Virus record (IMG/VR): IMGVR_UViG_3300032257_000005
Span: 64,001-86,291 of that record
Origin: a virus
Taxonomy: Duplodnaviria; Heunggongvirae; Uroviricota; Caudoviricetes
Reading direction: 5' to 3' (one strand)
Length of the DNA stretch: 22,291 bases
Shown here piece after piece: positions 21,503 through 22,291 of the stretch; the stretch's first letter is position 1; each line of letters begins with the position of its first letter. The notes beneath the pieces were generated by a model, which worked only from the letters and a program-made list of their open reading frames with translations, was not told where the DNA came from and ran no database searches. Position numbers and translations under genes: made by a program.

Positions 21503-21667
21503 TTATTTACATGCTTTATTGCAAAATTCGTCTTTCAGCTTTAATAATTCACCGACAGGAATAGGGGTTGGCGGCTCACCAACCTGCATAAAACAGGGGT
21601 GTAATCCCTACAGTGATAAATCAGTTATAAACATGGTTATAATTAATCTCATTTCTTCTTCAGTCAT
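21503..21667 (-). pseudogene. 54-codon frame interrupted by TAG at codon 20 (MTEEEMRLIITMFITDLSL*GLHPCFMQVGEPPTPIPVGELLKLKDEFCNKACK)
   Basis: AGGTGAG SD within repeat C; TAG at 21608-21610; terminal TAA 6 nt before the next ATG. Confidence 0.55.
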
Positions 21668-21668
21668 A

Positions 21669-21691
21669 CTCTCACCTATAATGGTTATTTA
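21669..21691 (-). repeat. Start-associated direct repeat C, copy 1 (TAAATAACCATTATAGGTGAGAG)
   Basis: Exact 23-nt match to 22165-22187; each copy is followed by an ATG. Confidence 0.93.
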
Positions 21692-21702
21692 CTGGCCTAA
21701 AC

Positions 21703-22002
21703 TTAGAATAATCCATTGTATTTGTTAATTAAAAAACACTGGTCAATGTGACCTTTTAGTTCATATCTTCCAGCAAGTGATTTTTTACAAACTAAATAAC
21801 CCAGTTTTGTTATCGGCTTTCTGACCCCCATGCCATACAAGCTAGGAATTACTTTTTTTAATCTTAAAATTCTTTGCCTGTATTCAGGGATTGAGTCTCT
21901 ATCAAATGGCCCTTCCCATCCGCCAACAAACACCATACCTTTTGGGTCATAAATATTAACGATAATTCTTTTAATATCGTCTATTTTTGGCATGTCACTC
22001 AT
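21703..22002 (-). CDS. Hypothetical protein (99 aa, MSDMPKIDD...)
   Basis: Track start 22020 moved to 22002, which has a GAGGA SD and overlaps the upstream stop. Confidence 0.75.
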   Translation of the reverse strand: MSDMPKIDDIKRIIVNIYDPKGMVFVGGWEGPFDRDSIPEYRQRILRLKKVIPSLYGMGVRKPITKLGYLVCKKSLAGRYELKGHIDQCFLINKYNGLF

Positions 22003-22162
22003 CTTGATCATCCTCAGCATTGTTAATTATTTGTCTTTTAGCTAACTCTAATACCCCCAATATTGAAACAATAGAAAGCCCCTCTCCATTTTCATAAATA
22101 GTATTTATTATTTGATTATATAAAAATAATTCCTTTGGCTTGCTTACACCGACTTCGATCAT
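21995..22162 (-). CDS. Hypothetical protein (55 aa, MIEVGVSKPK...LSIVSILGVLELAKRQII...)
   Basis: Hand-translated; SD within repeat C. Confidence 0.75.
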   Translation of the reverse strand: MIEVGVSKPKELFLYNQIINTIYENGEGLSIVSILGVLELAKRQIINNAEDDQDE

Positions 22163-22164
22163 AT

Positions 22165-22187
22165 CTCTCACCTATAATGGTTATTTA
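22165..22187 (-). repeat. Start-associated direct repeat C, copy 2
   Basis: Exact match to 21669-21691. Confidence 0.93.
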
Positions 22188-22291
22188 AAAAAGGGCTGGC
22201 GTTTGATTGTCCATATAGCAGTACGTTTGATTGCTCCATTAGGGACAGGCTTTTTCCACCATAAGTCTGATAGCTCACCACTATCTAATAA
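22181..22291 (-). CDS. 3' end of a hypothetical protein entering from the right edge (...DLWWKKPVPNGAIKRTAIWTIKRQPFFK)
   Basis: 37 open codons ending in TAA inside repeat C. Confidence 0.65.
   Translation of the reverse strand, partial: LLDSGELSDLWWKKPVPNGAIKRTAIWTIKRQPFFK

Noticed and set aside
21519-21728. 69-aa plus-strand track ORF
   Set aside because: Antisense to the SD-bearing minus-strand frame in a uniformly minus-strand region.
1-22291. Genome-wide stop-codon reassignment (TAG to Gln)
   Set aside because: Long genes have no internal TAG, TAG ends genes at natural boundaries, and there is no CUA suppressor tRNA in the window.
1-22291. CRISPR array or IS element
   Set aside because: Repeats occur only as pairs; no regularly spaced array, transposase or terminal inverted repeats.

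Overview
AT-rich fragment of a tailed dsDNA phage (siphovirus-type) of a Gram-negative host; spanins, KdsB, IHF-consensus and CsrA-consensus sites point to a gammaproteobacterium (inference). Layout: (i) 1-1682, minus-strand array of small hypothetical genes; (ii) 1700-2450, divergent control region with IHF sites, tRNA-Pro(UGG), tRNA-Gln(UUG), an M-K-L minigene, a 49-aa basic protein, a terminator and a structured leader; (iii) 2448-17458, plus-strand tail module (tube, G/GT chaperones, tape measure, GTA-like DUF2460/DUF2163/NlpC-P60/tail tip, DUF2793 fibre, double-LamG protein); (iv) 17470-20046, lysis cassette; (v) 20033-22291, minus-strand array including kdsB. No head, terminase, integrase or replication genes are in the window. 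Main observations: the g15/J-like tail-tip gene is split into two alternative N-terminal genes with different central domains plus one shared C-terminal gene, with exact 32-33 nt DNA repeats between the paralogs; a lambda-type GGGAAAG slippery site in a secreted lysis-cassette protein would add a membrane anchor by -1 frameshift; and both tRNAs, a start codon and the tail-tube SD are each paired by an upstream antisense segment. All product calls come from motif recognition by eye; no database searches were run.
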